A stretch of DNA of 39,165 nucleotides from an uncultured Pseudomonadales bacterium (GTDB lineage: Bacteria; Patescibacteriota; Microgenomatia; UBA1400; PJMF01), in assembly GCA_964567445.1 (NCBI GenBank), contig CAZMMR010000001.1, positions 3,656 through 42,820 on the forward strand, given 5' to 3'. Below are positions 7,936 through 17,166 of the stretch, in pieces. The notes below the pieces were generated by a model. It made no database searches and was not told the origin of the DNA. It saw only the letters and a list, made by a program, of their open reading frames with translations. Each line of letters begins with the position of its first letter. Positions within the stretch are counted from its first letter, which is position 1. A program made the translations under genes and the position numbers.

Positions 7936-8673
7936 ATGCTAGAAATTAGAAACCTATCCGTCCAAGCCGAAGATAAGCAGATTTTGCAGGACAACAATTT
8001 GCAGATAAAGGAGGGGGAAGTCCATGTCTTGCTTGGTCCTAATGGGTCCGGCAAGTCATCCCTAGCCCAAACTATTATGGGTAATCCTCATTATCAAGTT
8101 ACGCAAGGTCGTATTATTTTTACGGGCAAAGATATTACTGATTTGCCTATGCCAAAAAGGGCTAAACTAGGCTTAGCTCTCTCATTCCAAAACCCGCCAG
8201 AAATTAAAGGAGTCATTCTAAAAAAGTTACTGGCATTAATTTCAGACAATATTTCAGAGAATACAGAAACTCAAAAAGCTGATGAAACCAAATTGGGTCA
8301 GAGATTACTAGAGCGGGAAGTGAACGTTAGTTTTTCCGGAGGCGAAAAAAAGATGAGCGAGCTTAGACAGATTATTGCCATGAACCCCAAGCTTGTTATT
8401 TTTGATGAGCTGGATTCCGGCCTAGATCTTAAAAATATTCATCGGGTGTTAGCTGTGATTAAAAAGCAATTAATAGACAAAGGTGTGTCTGTTTTATTTA
8501 TCACTCACTCAGGGGACATGCTTGATGGCATTCAGCCAGACTGGACACATGTTATGCTTGACAAGCAAATGATTTGTCATTCTCGAGATTATCAACAAGT
8601 AATTACTACTATTAGACAACATGGTTACCAAAAATGCCGACACTGCCAGCAACGTCAACCTTTGGATCGTTGA
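7936..8673 (+). CDS. sufC: Fe-S cluster assembly ATPase SufC
   Basis: Walker A is GPNGSGKSSL, the ABC signature is FSGGEKKMSEL, and Walker B is LVIFDELDSGLD. The SufC-typical GNPHYQVTQGRIIFTGKDI is present. Confidence 0.92.
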   Translation: MLEIRNLSVQAEDKQILQDNNLQIKEGEVHVLLGPNGSGKSSLAQTIMGNPHYQVTQGRIIFTGKDITDLPMPKRAKLGLALSFQNPPEIKGVILKKLLALISDNISENTETQKADETKLGQRLLEREVNVSFSGGEKKMSELRQIIAMNPKLVIFDELDSGLDLKNIHRVLAVIKKQLIDKGVSVLFITHSGDMLDGIQPDWTHVMLDKQMICHSRDYQQVITTIRQHGYQKCRHCQQRQPLDR

Positions 8674-9541
8674 CGATCAATTAAAAAAGATCGCTCAAAC
8701 TCAAGGTGTGGAAATGATGGAAAGCCCCAAAGCTTGGGAGCAACTGCCTTGGACTAGGCAGTACTTTCAAGAAGAACCTCAGCAGGGTTATTTTATTTGG
8801 ATTAAAGAGCAACCAGGTTGTGCTCTGTTCTCCTGTGTTAATATCCAGGAAGAATCTTTTCAGCAGAAGATGAGCAACCTCACTATTATTGAGTCAGGGC
8901 TTAAAGCTGAGTTTACCGGCGTCTGTAGTGCTTTAGCTCTTAAACTGCACGCTATGCATACCGCTCAGGGTACTGTGGTCTTAAAGCCAGGAGCTCAGGT
9001 TAAATACAACCATGTTCATCGTTGGGGCAAAGAAGATGTTGTCAGCCCTGACTATCTGTTTATTTTAGAAAAGGGCAGTCGCATCGATTATACTTACAAA
9101 ACCAAAAACCCACCGCAGGAGCTGCATTTAAAAAATCGTTTTAAGGTTTATGATCGGGCCAAGGTTAAACTAAATATTATTGGTGATCTGCAAGATACTC
9201 ACTTAACTTCTTTAGACGAAATTGAATTACTAGGAGATAAATCCTCTGGTATCAGCAACCTACGTTTTATTAGCCGAGCTCAGACAGAAATTGAAGCTCG
9301 CTCTAGAATGGTGGCCACCAGCACTGGCACTGGTCATTTAGATTGTCAGAGCCTAAATTTAGATCCTTCAGCACAAGTTACTCTTATTCCGGAAGTAGTG
9401 GTTAAGCACGACCAGGCTCAGATTACCCACGAGGCTTCTATTGGCCGTGTTTCTGATAAGCAGCTCAACTACTTGCAAATGAGGGGCTTAAGCGAGGCAG
9501 AGGCAATTGACTTAATTGCTTCTGGATTTTTAAAAATTTAG
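8621..9541 (+). CDS. SufB/SufD-family Fe-S assembly scaffold protein (short, single paralogue)
   Basis: The C-terminal beta-helix signature is HEASIGRVSDKQLNYLQMRGLSEAEAIDLIASGF. The ORF is open from 8621 and overlaps sufC by 53 nt. An ATG at 8714 preceded by AAGGTG is an equally plausible start. Confidence 0.8.
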   Translation: MVTKNADTASNVNLWIVDDQLKKIAQTQGVEMMESPKAWEQLPWTRQYFQEEPQQGYFIWIKEQPGCALFSCVNIQEESFQQKMSNLTIIESGLKAEFTGVCSALALKLHAMHTAQGTVVLKPGAQVKYNHVHRWGKEDVVSPDYLFILEKGSRIDYTYKTKNPPQELHLKNRFKVYDRAKVKLNIIGDLQDTHLTSLDEIELLGDKSSGISNLRFISRAQTEIEARSRMVATSTGTGHLDCQSLNLDPSAQVTLIPEVVVKHDQAQITHEASIGRVSDKQLNYLQMRGLSEAEAIDLIASGFLKI

Positions 9542-9563
9542 CCAATCTTAATCTATTACCACT

Positions 9564-10814
9564 ATGTTTGACCCGCAAAAAATTAAACAAGACTTTCCTA
9601 TTTTTAGCAATCATTCGGGCCTATTGTATTTAGATAATGCTGCCACGACTCACAAGCCACAAGCCGTTATCACAGCTATTAGCGACTATTACCAAACCAA
9701 CAATGCTAATGTTGGTCGGGGAGTCTATGATCTGGCAGAAGCTAGCAGCCAATCCTTAAATCAGGCCAGGCAGACCATCGCCAATTTTTTTGGTGCTCAA
9801 GCAGAAGAACTTATTTTAACTGGCAACAGCACCGCAGCCATTAATGGTGTTGCCTATGGGTGGGCTGATCACCATTTACAACCTGAGGATATTATCCTCA
9901 CTTCTATATTGGAGCACCATTCTAATTTAGTGGTTTGGCAGCAAGTTGCAAAAAGAACCAGAGCCAAGTTAGTTTTTACTGGATTAAAGCCAACAGGTCA
10001 AATTAGTATAGAGCAGCTGCAAACACAACTAAAAAAATACCAACCGCAGCTTTTAGCCCTCAGCTATGTTAGTAATACGACAGGCGCAGTCCTCGATTTA
10101 GGCCAGGTTACTCAGTTGGTTAAAGAACATAGCCCCTCTACTAAAATCTTAATTGATGGTGCTCAGGCTGTAGGTCGTATTCCTATTAATTTTTCTAAGC
10201 TTAACATCGACTTTTTTGCTTTTTCAGGTCATAAAATGCTAGGGCCAATGGGCAGTGGAGGTTTGCTAGTAAAAAAAGAATTGCTTAATTCTGGAGAAAT
10301 GCAGCCTTGGTTATTTGGTGGTGGTATGATTGAACAAGTCAAGCTGCAGCAGACAGAGTTTAATCATGATCTTAACCAACGTTTTATGGCTGGCACGCCT
10401 GATGTAGCTGGTGCAGTTGGACTGGCTGCTGCCTGCCAGTATTTAAATAAGTTAGGCATAGAAAAAGTCTTAGCACACGACCAGCATTTGCTTCGTTATG
10501 CTCTGATGCGATTGTCTCAATTAAAAAAAGATATTAAGTTGGTTGATCCTACCCAAATGGTAACTAATAAAACGCAATTGCAGCGAGTGGGTTCAGTGGC
10601 ATTTATTTCTCATTTTGCTCAAGCTCATGATGTGGCACAGGCTCTAAACCAAGAAAAAGTTGCGGTTAGGTCTGGCTATCATTGTGCTCAACCATTGCAT
10701 GAACAGCAGCAATGGCCACCAACAGTTCGACTTAGTTTTAGTGTGTATAATAGTAAAAGCGACATCGACTTTTTGTTATTAGCCTTAAATAAAATTAAAA
10801 AGATGTTTTTATGA
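9564..10814 (+). CDS. sufS: cysteine desulfurase SufS (class V aminotransferase)
   Basis: It has the PLP-lysine motif FSGHKMLGPMG and the catalytic Cys motif RSGYHCAQP. The start region reads YLDNAATT. Confidence 0.92.
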   Translation: MFDPQKIKQDFPIFSNHSGLLYLDNAATTHKPQAVITAISDYYQTNNANVGRGVYDLAEASSQSLNQARQTIANFFGAQAEELILTGNSTAAINGVAYGWADHHLQPEDIILTSILEHHSNLVVWQQVAKRTRAKLVFTGLKPTGQISIEQLQTQLKKYQPQLLALSYVSNTTGAVLDLGQVTQLVKEHSPSTKILIDGAQAVGRIPINFSKLNIDFFAFSGHKMLGPMGSGGLLVKKELLNSGEMQPWLFGGGMIEQVKLQQTEFNHDLNQRFMAGTPDVAGAVGLAAACQYLNKLGIEKVLAHDQHLLRYALMRLSQLKKDIKLVDPTQMVTNKTQLQRVGSVAFISHFAQAHDVAQALNQEKVAVRSGYHCAQPLHEQQQWPPTVRLSFSVYNSKSDIDFLLLALNKIKKMFL

Positions 10815-11365
10815 AACTTTTTGTTGGCTCTACCAATCCTATTAAAATTAATGCTACCACTACTGCTGCTAGTGAGCAGTGGCCGGATGTAGAAGTTGTT
10901 GGTTATGATGTTAAAAGTGGAGTTAGTGAACAGCCGATGACAGATATAGAGACAAAAAAAGGCGCTTTAAATCGTGCCCAAGCAGCTCTCAAAAAAGGTT
11001 TAAGTGAGTGTCAAACTAATCCCAAGATGTGTTTAGGTATTGGGTTGGAAGGGGGAGTCTTTATTGATGATAAAGATGTTATGTGGACCACGGTCTGGGC
11101 GGCGGTTATTGGTCAAGAAGAAAAAGCTTATGTTGCCAATGGTGCTCGTTTTCCTGTGCCAAAATCGGTAGCTAATCGCATTAGACAAGGAGAAGAAATG
11201 GGTCCAATTATGGCTGATTTATATGATGGGCGTATGGTTAAACAACAGGAAGGCATGATTGGTGTGATCACTAAAAATTTTGTAGATCGGACTGAAGAGT
11301 ATATGATTATTGTTAAAATGGTTTTGGGATTGTGGTATGGTCAAGATTGGGAGCAACACATTTAG
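10811..11365 (+). CDS. DUF84/YjjX-family non-canonical NTP phosphatase (inosine/xanthosine triphosphatase-like)
   Basis: The N-terminus VGSTNPIKINA...SGVSEQPMTDIETKKGALNRA is collinear with YjjX. Its start overlaps the sufS stop (ATGA). Confidence 0.7.
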   Translation: MKLFVGSTNPIKINATTTAASEQWPDVEVVGYDVKSGVSEQPMTDIETKKGALNRAQAALKKGLSECQTNPKMCLGIGLEGGVFIDDKDVMWTTVWAAVIGQEEKAYVANGARFPVPKSVANRIRQGEEMGPIMADLYDGRMVKQQEGMIGVITKNFVDRTEEYMIIVKMVLGLWYGQDWEQHI

Positions 11366-11397
11366 TGAGAAAACACTACTAATTAACTAAATCTATT

Positions 11398-12108
11398 ATG
11401 CAAAAACCGCAACACTATACTGCAATTTTCGAAGACAGGCAGGTCTACAACGAAAAGTTTACCCATCTTCATTTTGAATTAAAGAAGCCTTATCGTTTGG
11501 ATTTTAAAGCTGGTCAGTTTTTATCATTAAAAGTTGATGAGGATGGTGCCCGTCGTGCTTATTCAATTGCTAGTGATCCTGATATTGATCATGGAGTAGA
11601 AATTCTGCTTGATGTTACCCCTCAAGGTAAAGGGGTGACCTATTTGCAAAATTTAGAGTTTGGCGATGAAGTGGAATTTATTGCTCCCTCTGGTAGATTT
11701 GTCATTACTGATGACGCCCCAGAAGAATCATTGGCTTTAGTGGGAACTGGTTCTGGCATTGCTCCTTTAAGAAGTATGGCTATCGATCAACTTAAAAACA
11801 AACAGGACCAGCGCCAGATTACTTTATATTGGGGTCTACGTTATGCTCGGCATTTAGTGTGGCAAGATGATTTTAGCCGTTGGTCTAAACAATATCCTAA
11901 CTTCCATTTTCACCCAACTTTAAGTCGGGCAGAAAAGGAGTGGCCACTGTGCAGAGGAAGAGTTACTAACTGCCTTAATGTCCATGATTTACCTGAGAAT
12001 GCTGGCTATTACTTATGTGGTGGCAAGGCCATGATCGATGATGTTAAACAGGTATTAATGGAACGTGGCGTTGCTGAAGACAGAATTCATCACGAAAAAT
12101 TCTTTTAA
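11398..12108 (+). CDS. ferredoxin-NADP(+) reductase-family FAD/NAD(P)-binding oxidoreductase
   Basis: It has the FAD-binding RAYSIAS (RxYS) motif and the NAD(P)-binding motifs GTGSGIAPLRSM and YLCGGKAM. Confidence 0.8.
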   Translation: MQKPQHYTAIFEDRQVYNEKFTHLHFELKKPYRLDFKAGQFLSLKVDEDGARRAYSIASDPDIDHGVEILLDVTPQGKGVTYLQNLEFGDEVEFIAPSGRFVITDDAPEESLALVGTGSGIAPLRSMAIDQLKNKQDQRQITLYWGLRYARHLVWQDDFSRWSKQYPNFHFHPTLSRAEKEWPLCRGRVTNCLNVHDLPENAGYYLCGGKAMIDDVKQVLMERGVAEDRIHHEKFF

Positions 12109-12344
12109 CGTGAGCGAATATAGTTTAACAATATCTCTTAACTTTTTTAGATTTAGAGTTGGTTTGTGGCTCATAGTATCACCTAATCTGGTTGCAAAAT
12201 ATATAAATATTAGTTATAACTAGTAATAAGTTATAAATACTAATTGACAAGCCTCTTTAATTAGAGAGAATAGTATCAAACTGGAACAAGTCTCCTGCCC
12301 CGTAACTTATAATTTACAATAATTTGGTAGTCAGAAAGGCTGCT

Positions 12345-12863
12345 ATGAACTTAAAAAAATATTATCCATTTATCGTTCCCACCATCGCTCTGCTCTTGGT
12401 CATTTTCTTGGCTTTCCGTTGGTACAACCTACGTACTCAACGTGATGACAGCAGTGGTCAAACTCAAGTAGAAATTGAAAACTTGACAGAAGAGGAAGTC
12501 GATATTGTGCAAGGAGCTGACGATGTTAGTACAGTTCCACTAGAAAGCGAAGGCGAGCAAATAGTTTCTGGACGAGTTAGGTACACTATCCAAGATGAAA
12601 GGGTTTTACTTAATGTTAGCGCTGAGTTAGAGCAACAAGAGGCTAATACTTATCAAGTTTGGATTAGACCCGAAGGGCAAGATGATGCTCAAAAGGCGCT
12701 TATTCTGGATTATGGCAAAGGCGGTTATATAGGTAGTGCAGCCTTATCTACAGAAAAGTTACCTCTGGAAATTATCATTAGCGAAGAGATGAATGCTGAA
12801 GACGAACAGGTAGAAATCCCACTCTTACGTGGCGTCGTCGAAGATATTACTGATGATGAATAG
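12345..12863 (+). CDS. membrane-anchored hypothetical protein (weak RskA-like C-terminal region)
   Basis: The ORF is open from TTG 12324. The ATG at 12345 is preceded by AGAAAGG. It has one N-terminal TM helix. The YQVWIRPEG...YGKGGYIGSA stretch resembles the anti-sigma-K RskA extracytoplasmic domain, which is a low-confidence assignment. Confidence 0.55.
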   Translation: MNLKKYYPFIVPTIALLLVIFLAFRWYNLRTQRDDSSGQTQVEIENLTEEEVDIVQGADDVSTVPLESEGEQIVSGRVRYTIQDERVLLNVSAELEQQEANTYQVWIRPEGQDDAQKALILDYGKGGYIGSAALSTEKLPLEIIISEEMNAEDEQVEIPLLRGVVEDITDDE

Positions 12864-12995
12864 AAATTACTTCTTGAGGAGCGAGCCTGGTTCTGATAGG
12901 CTATAGCTATAATCAAGCTAATCTTGAAGAAATCGAAATTAGTTTGGATTAACAATTATTAATAACTATCCCATTAGGGAAGAAAAGGAGCATTC

Positions 12996-13223
12996 ATGGC
13001 AGCCGATACAGTCAATGCTTACAGTTACACCAACTCTAAGGGTCAGACCTACTATCTCCACAAGAGAGATGTCACCCTTAAAAATGGTCGTGTACAAACT
13101 ATTTATTTCTTTGCCCGTGATGTCAGAGATGATGCCATTGAGCAAGTTCCAGAGGGCTACGAGGTTTTTGAAACCGAGAGAACTGGAATGCCGGTTCTAA
13201 GAAAAATTAGAACTGAAGAATAA
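12996..13223 (+). CDS. small hypothetical protein (75 aa)
   Basis: It has a strong RBS (GAAAAGGAG) and its own terminator directly downstream, so it forms a monocistronic unit. Confidence 0.65.
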   Translation: MAADTVNAYSYTNSKGQTYYLHKRDVTLKNGRVQTIYFFARDVRDDAIEQVPEGYEVFETERTGMPVLRKIRTEE

Positions 13224-13250
13224 TAGACTTTAGTTTAATTAAACAATTAA

Positions 13251-13278
13251 ACCCGCATCTGTATGATGCGGGTTTTTT
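13251..13278 (+). terminator. rho-independent terminator
   Basis: ACCCGCATC, loop TGTAT, GATGCGGGT form a 9-bp stem followed by TTTTT. Confidence 0.85.
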
Positions 13279-13329
13279 GATGGTTGGTTATAATAAAGAC
13301 CAGTCCTTATAAAATTTGAAAGTTTGCTT

Positions 13330-13659
13330 ATGGCTCAAAAATCTAACAAAATAACTAAACAACAGGTCTTATCAGCATTAAAACAAGTTGAAGATCCTGA
13401 ATTAGGGATTGATGTGGTCAGCTTAGGATTTATCTATGAGGTGGAGATTAACGATAGTGTTATTAAGGTTCAGTTTAGTTTAACCACACCTGGTTGCCCC
13501 ATGGCTAATTTTATTGGGCAGAGGATTAAAGCTAGTTTGCAAGAGTTGGTTAAAGATGCTGAAATAGAAGTTGAGCTGGAGTTAGTTTTTGAACCAATGT
13601 GGAACCCAGATATGATGTCCGATCAAGCAAAAAAACAATTAGGCTATGATGAGGACTAA
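13330..13659 (+). CDS. DUF59/MIP18-family Fe-S assembly protein (SufT/PaaD-like)
   Basis: It carries VEDPELGIDVVSLGFIY and TTPGCPMA motifs. The ATG at 13330 is preferred over the TTG at 13324. Confidence 0.8.
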   Translation: MAQKSNKITKQQVLSALKQVEDPELGIDVVSLGFIYEVEINDSVIKVQFSLTTPGCPMANFIGQRIKASLQELVKDAEIEVELELVFEPMWNPDMMSDQAKKQLGYDED

Positions 13660-13662
13660 TAT

Positions 13663-14115
13663 ATGAAAAAAATATTTTTAGGGTCAGATCACGGTGGCTT
13701 TCTTCTCAAAGAGGAAGTGAAACCTTGGCTCAAGGAGCAGGGTTATCAAGTGCAGGATTTAGGGGCTTCTCAGTTTAAGCCCAAAGACGATTATCCACAG
13801 TACGCAGCCGCTGTTGGTCGGCAAGTGGTCGATAATGATGGCTCTTTTGGTATTTTGTTTTGTCGCTCTGGTGCAGGAGTGACAATGGCTGCAAACAAGA
13901 TTAATGGTGTGAGAGCTGTGGCAGCCAACAGTAAACGTGAAGCGGTCCATGCTCGTACAGATAATGATGCTAATGTTATCTCTTTGGCTGCAGATTGGCT
14001 TGATTTAGATCAGGCTCAAATAATAATTTCTGCTTTTTTAAATACTGATTTTTCGCAAAAAACAAGACATCAACGGCGCATACGCCAAATTCACCAGTTA
14101 GAAATTGCTAATTAA
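13663..14115 (+). CDS. rpiB: ribose-5-phosphate isomerase B (RpiB/LacA/LacB family)
   Basis: Motifs present are GSDHGGFLLKE, ILFCRSGAGVTMAANK and ARTDNDANVISL. Confidence 0.9.
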   Translation: MKKIFLGSDHGGFLLKEEVKPWLKEQGYQVQDLGASQFKPKDDYPQYAAAVGRQVVDNDGSFGILFCRSGAGVTMAANKINGVRAVAANSKREAVHARTDNDANVISLAADWLDLDQAQIIISAFLNTDFSQKTRHQRRIRQIHQLEIAN

Positions 14116-14129
14116 CAACATTATATTTT

Positions 14130-14804
14130 ATGAAACTTTATCCAGCGATATTAACAGATTCCATCAAGACTCTACAACAACAAGTTAATCGTTTAAAAGA
14201 AAATGACGACATCAAAGTTGTTCAGGTGGATGTGATTGATGGCAATTTTGCCGACAATATGACTGTGACGGCTGCCGATTTAATCCTGATTGATTGGGGA
14301 GATCTAAAGGTTGATTTTCATTTAATGGTTGAGGGACCGCTTGATTATCTTCAGGAAATATTAGAGCTCAAAGAACATTTGCCTATCAGAGCTGTCTTGG
14401 GCCAAATTGAGCAGATGAGTGATCCTTGCGTGTTTATTAAAAAGATAAAATCAGAAAAAATTAAAGCTGGTTTATCATTGGACATCTTTACTCCAGTTAG
14501 CGTTTTGTCTGACTATGAAATTGGTCAGCAAGCGCAGTGTAATCCGGATCTAATTCAGCTTATGGGGATTGAAGCTGGATTTCAGGGGCAGAAGATTAAG
14601 CAGCATGTTTTTACGAAGCTGCAGGATCTAAAAAACTGGCAGCAGCACTGGGATCTAAAGCAGGAAATAGTAGTCGATGGGGGTGTGAAGTTGGAGCACG
14701 TTAAGCAGTTAAAAAAACAAGGGGCCAAAGCAGTGGTAGTTGGCAGTTTGTTATGGGAAGCTAGAAACCTACAAGAGATAGTAACAACAATTACCAAAAT
14801 TTAA
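14130..14804 (+). CDS. rpe: ribulose-phosphate 3-epimerase-family protein
   Basis: It shows an Rpe-like pattern: VDVIDGNFADN, FHLMV and a C-terminal VVDGGV...VVVGS. Confidence 0.7.
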   Translation: MKLYPAILTDSIKTLQQQVNRLKENDDIKVVQVDVIDGNFADNMTVTAADLILIDWGDLKVDFHLMVEGPLDYLQEILELKEHLPIRAVLGQIEQMSDPCVFIKKIKSEKIKAGLSLDIFTPVSVLSDYEIGQQAQCNPDLIQLMGIEAGFQGQKIKQHVFTKLQDLKNWQQHWDLKQEIVVDGGVKLEHVKQLKKQGAKAVVVGSLLWEARNLQEIVTTITKI

Positions 14805-14816
14805 CTTGCAACTAAT

Positions 14817-15503
14817 ATGAACAATGACAGCCTTGATTGTATTGTGCCGTTTTACCAAGAGGGTCAGCGTGTTATCAAAGTAGCTAAAACTTTACTGAGG
14901 GTGCCATTGATCAGGCGTATTGTTTGCGTGGACGATGGTTCTGTGGACAAAATACATCGGCAGCTCAGCGCCTTGTCTTCTCAGATTTTAGTGGTAAGAC
15001 ACAAGGTAAACCAAGGTAAAACAGCTGCGGTTAAAACGGGTTTGTCTAACTGTCGGGCTGATCACATTTTACTCATCGATTCAGACTTACAGAATTTAAA
15101 TGCTATCGAAATCAGCCAAGGTTTAAGGCATTATTTTTATGATTCTCATACAGGAATGCTCCTGTTTAAGAGGAAAAACGAGTTGCTAGTATCTCGGCTA
15201 TTTCGTTTTAATGTTGTTTTTACTGGCGAACGGGTGCTAGCAGCTAGAGATTTGCAACAAGTATTACATAAGCAAGTTGACGGCTATCAGCTAGAATATC
15301 TTATTAATCAGCATATGATTAAATTGCAAAAAAATGTTAAGGTTTATAATATTTCTGCCCTTAATACTCATAAACCACAGAAGTTTGGTTATGTGCGGGG
15401 TATTTCCAGAGAAATTGCTATGTATGCTAGTATGCGGCAACGAGCCAAACCCAAACATTTGATGTATCAGTTAACTAACTTCGCTCGAGATGAAATTAAT
15501 TAA
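14817..15503 (+). CDS. family 2 glycosyltransferase
   Basis: It has IVPFYQE...VCVDDGSVD and a DxD-type motif LLIDSDL. Confidence 0.75.
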   Translation: MNNDSLDCIVPFYQEGQRVIKVAKTLLRVPLIRRIVCVDDGSVDKIHRQLSALSSQILVVRHKVNQGKTAAVKTGLSNCRADHILLIDSDLQNLNAIEISQGLRHYFYDSHTGMLLFKRKNELLVSRLFRFNVVFTGERVLAARDLQQVLHKQVDGYQLEYLINQHMIKLQKNVKVYNISALNTHKPQKFGYVRGISREIAMYASMRQRAKPKHLMYQLTNFARDEIN

Positions 15504-15535
15504 TTATTAAATGACTTAAACTAGAAAGAAACATT

Positions 15536-16138
15536 ATGAAAACCAGTATTAGAATTCCAGAGAAATTTACAGCCAACAAGCTGGAGAAAGTGGCGTTTTT
15601 TGGTAGTGCTGATATAGACCAAAATCATCCAATAAGTAAAGAGGTTTTTAGCATTGCTCAAACAATGGCGAAACAAGGCAAAATTGTCGTTAATGGTGGT
15701 GGGCCGGGAGTGATGGAGGCTGCTACAAGAGGGGCTGAGTCGGTCAATGGAGAAACAGTAGCCATTACTTTTTATCCAAAAGATATGCCGGAGTTTGAGG
15801 GTAGAGAGCCAGGCAATGAAACCGATCAGGAATTAAAAACCGCCAATTATATTGAGCGTATGTATGGCCTGATTTATTACTCCGATGTCTTTATCTGCTT
15901 TAAAGGTGGTACTGGTACTTTAAGTGAATGGACCACAGCTTGGCTTATGGCTCATTTATATTATGGAGAGCACAAACCAATGATTTTATATGGTAAGTTT
16001 TGGCATGAGGTATTAGAAGTAGTGCAAAAACATTTCTATATTGGAGATAAAGAAATGGAGATTGTGAGAGTGGTGGACAATGAAGAAGAGCTGATGTTAG
16101 TCATGCAAGAATTAGAGCAAGAATTGGAACAACGCTAG
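15536..16138 (+). CDS. LOG/TIGR00730-family (lysine-decarboxylase-like) nucleotide-binding protein
   Basis: VNGGGPGVMEAATRGA and GGTGTLSEW motifs are present. Confidence 0.8.
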   Translation: MKTSIRIPEKFTANKLEKVAFFGSADIDQNHPISKEVFSIAQTMAKQGKIVVNGGGPGVMEAATRGAESVNGETVAITFYPKDMPEFEGREPGNETDQELKTANYIERMYGLIYYSDVFICFKGGTGTLSEWTTAWLMAHLYYGEHKPMILYGKFWHEVLEVVQKHFYIGDKEMEIVRVVDNEEELMLVMQELEQELEQR

Positions 16139-16226
16139 ATTAAGTCAAAACAATATGCTTCCTAGATATACTTCTTTAGATTAAGTTATAGTTTAGTCAA
16201 GAGATGAAACGTGCTTTAATATTGTT

Positions 16227-17153
16227 ATGCACGATGTTATTACTATCGGTTCGGCTCTAGTGGATATTTTTATCCATACTCCTCGTTTTACTAAGGTAGA
16301 AAGTGGTAAGAAAACCTTGTTGTGTCAAGCTCATGGTGACAAGATGGAAGTAGAAAGTTTTAGTGCACATACGGGAGGTGGTGCTAGTAATACAGCAGTC
16401 GGTTTTTCTCGGTTAGATTTTAGTACTGCTATAGTTTGTGAGACTGGCCAAGACAAATTTTCCTATTTAGTGACTAAAGATTTGCTTGAAAATAGTGTTA
16501 GTACTGATTTAATCATTGAAGAAAAAAAAGAGCAGACCGGCGGCTCTGTTATTCTAGTGAGCCAGGATGGTGAAAGAACGGTTTTAGTTCATCGGGGCGC
16601 AGCAGCTATGCTTGATCCTTTTGACATTTCTACCTATTGGCTTTCCCAAGCCGGGCATGTCCATCTCAGCAGTATCGGTGGCAAATTCCAAACTTTATTA
16701 AAAATTTTTAAAGCAGTGCGACGATTGCCCACCACTACTCTTTCTTGGAATCCTGGTAAAAAAGAGTTGGGATTATTAGCCACCAGAAGGTTGCTGCCCG
16801 GACAAGTGCCGGCTAAGATTTTTATAGTTAACACTAGCGAATGGGAAATGATTAGTAATATCCAACACGAAGTGTTGTCTACCTTTGAATATACGGTGGT
16901 TACTGCTGCAAACAAGGGTGGCGATGTTTACCAGTATGGAGACCAAGTGTGCCACTACCCAGCTTTTAGTTCAAAAGTGATCGATACTACAGGTGCTGGT
17001 GACTCTTTTGCTGTTGGTTTTACAGCAGGCATATTGTGGAATCGGGGAGTGCGGCAGGCGGCTCAAATAGGGGCGAAAAATGCTGCTTCGGTGGTAGCTT
17101 ATTTTGGTGCTAAAACTGGATTGCTTAATAAACAAGATTTAGAAAAGGTTTAG
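16227..17153 (+). CDS. PfkB-family carbohydrate/nucleoside kinase
   Basis: It has an N-terminal ITIGSALVDIF, a GGGASNTAVG segment and the C-terminal signature DTTGAGDSFAVGF. Confidence 0.85.
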   Translation: MHDVITIGSALVDIFIHTPRFTKVESGKKTLLCQAHGDKMEVESFSAHTGGGASNTAVGFSRLDFSTAIVCETGQDKFSYLVTKDLLENSVSTDLIIEEKKEQTGGSVILVSQDGERTVLVHRGAAAMLDPFDISTYWLSQAGHVHLSSIGGKFQTLLKIFKAVRRLPTTTLSWNPGKKELGLLATRRLLPGQVPAKIFIVNTSEWEMISNIQHEVLSTFEYTVVTAANKGGDVYQYGDQVCHYPAFSSKVIDTTGAGDSFAVGFTAGILWNRGVRQAAQIGAKNAASVVAYFGAKTGLLNKQDLEKV

Positions 17154-17166
17154 TTAACACTAGATT

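Noticed and set aside
13791-13799. Perfect DnaA-box consensus TTATCCACA
   Set aside because: It is a single copy inside the rpiB coding sequence. There is no cluster, no AT-rich unwinding element, and no dnaA or dnaN nearby.
16205-16261. 18-codon upstream ORF (MKRALILLCTMLLLSVRL) overlapping the PfkB kinase start
   Set aside because: The only SD-like sequence abuts the ATG with no spacing. The ORF is short and cannot be assessed for conservation from this window.
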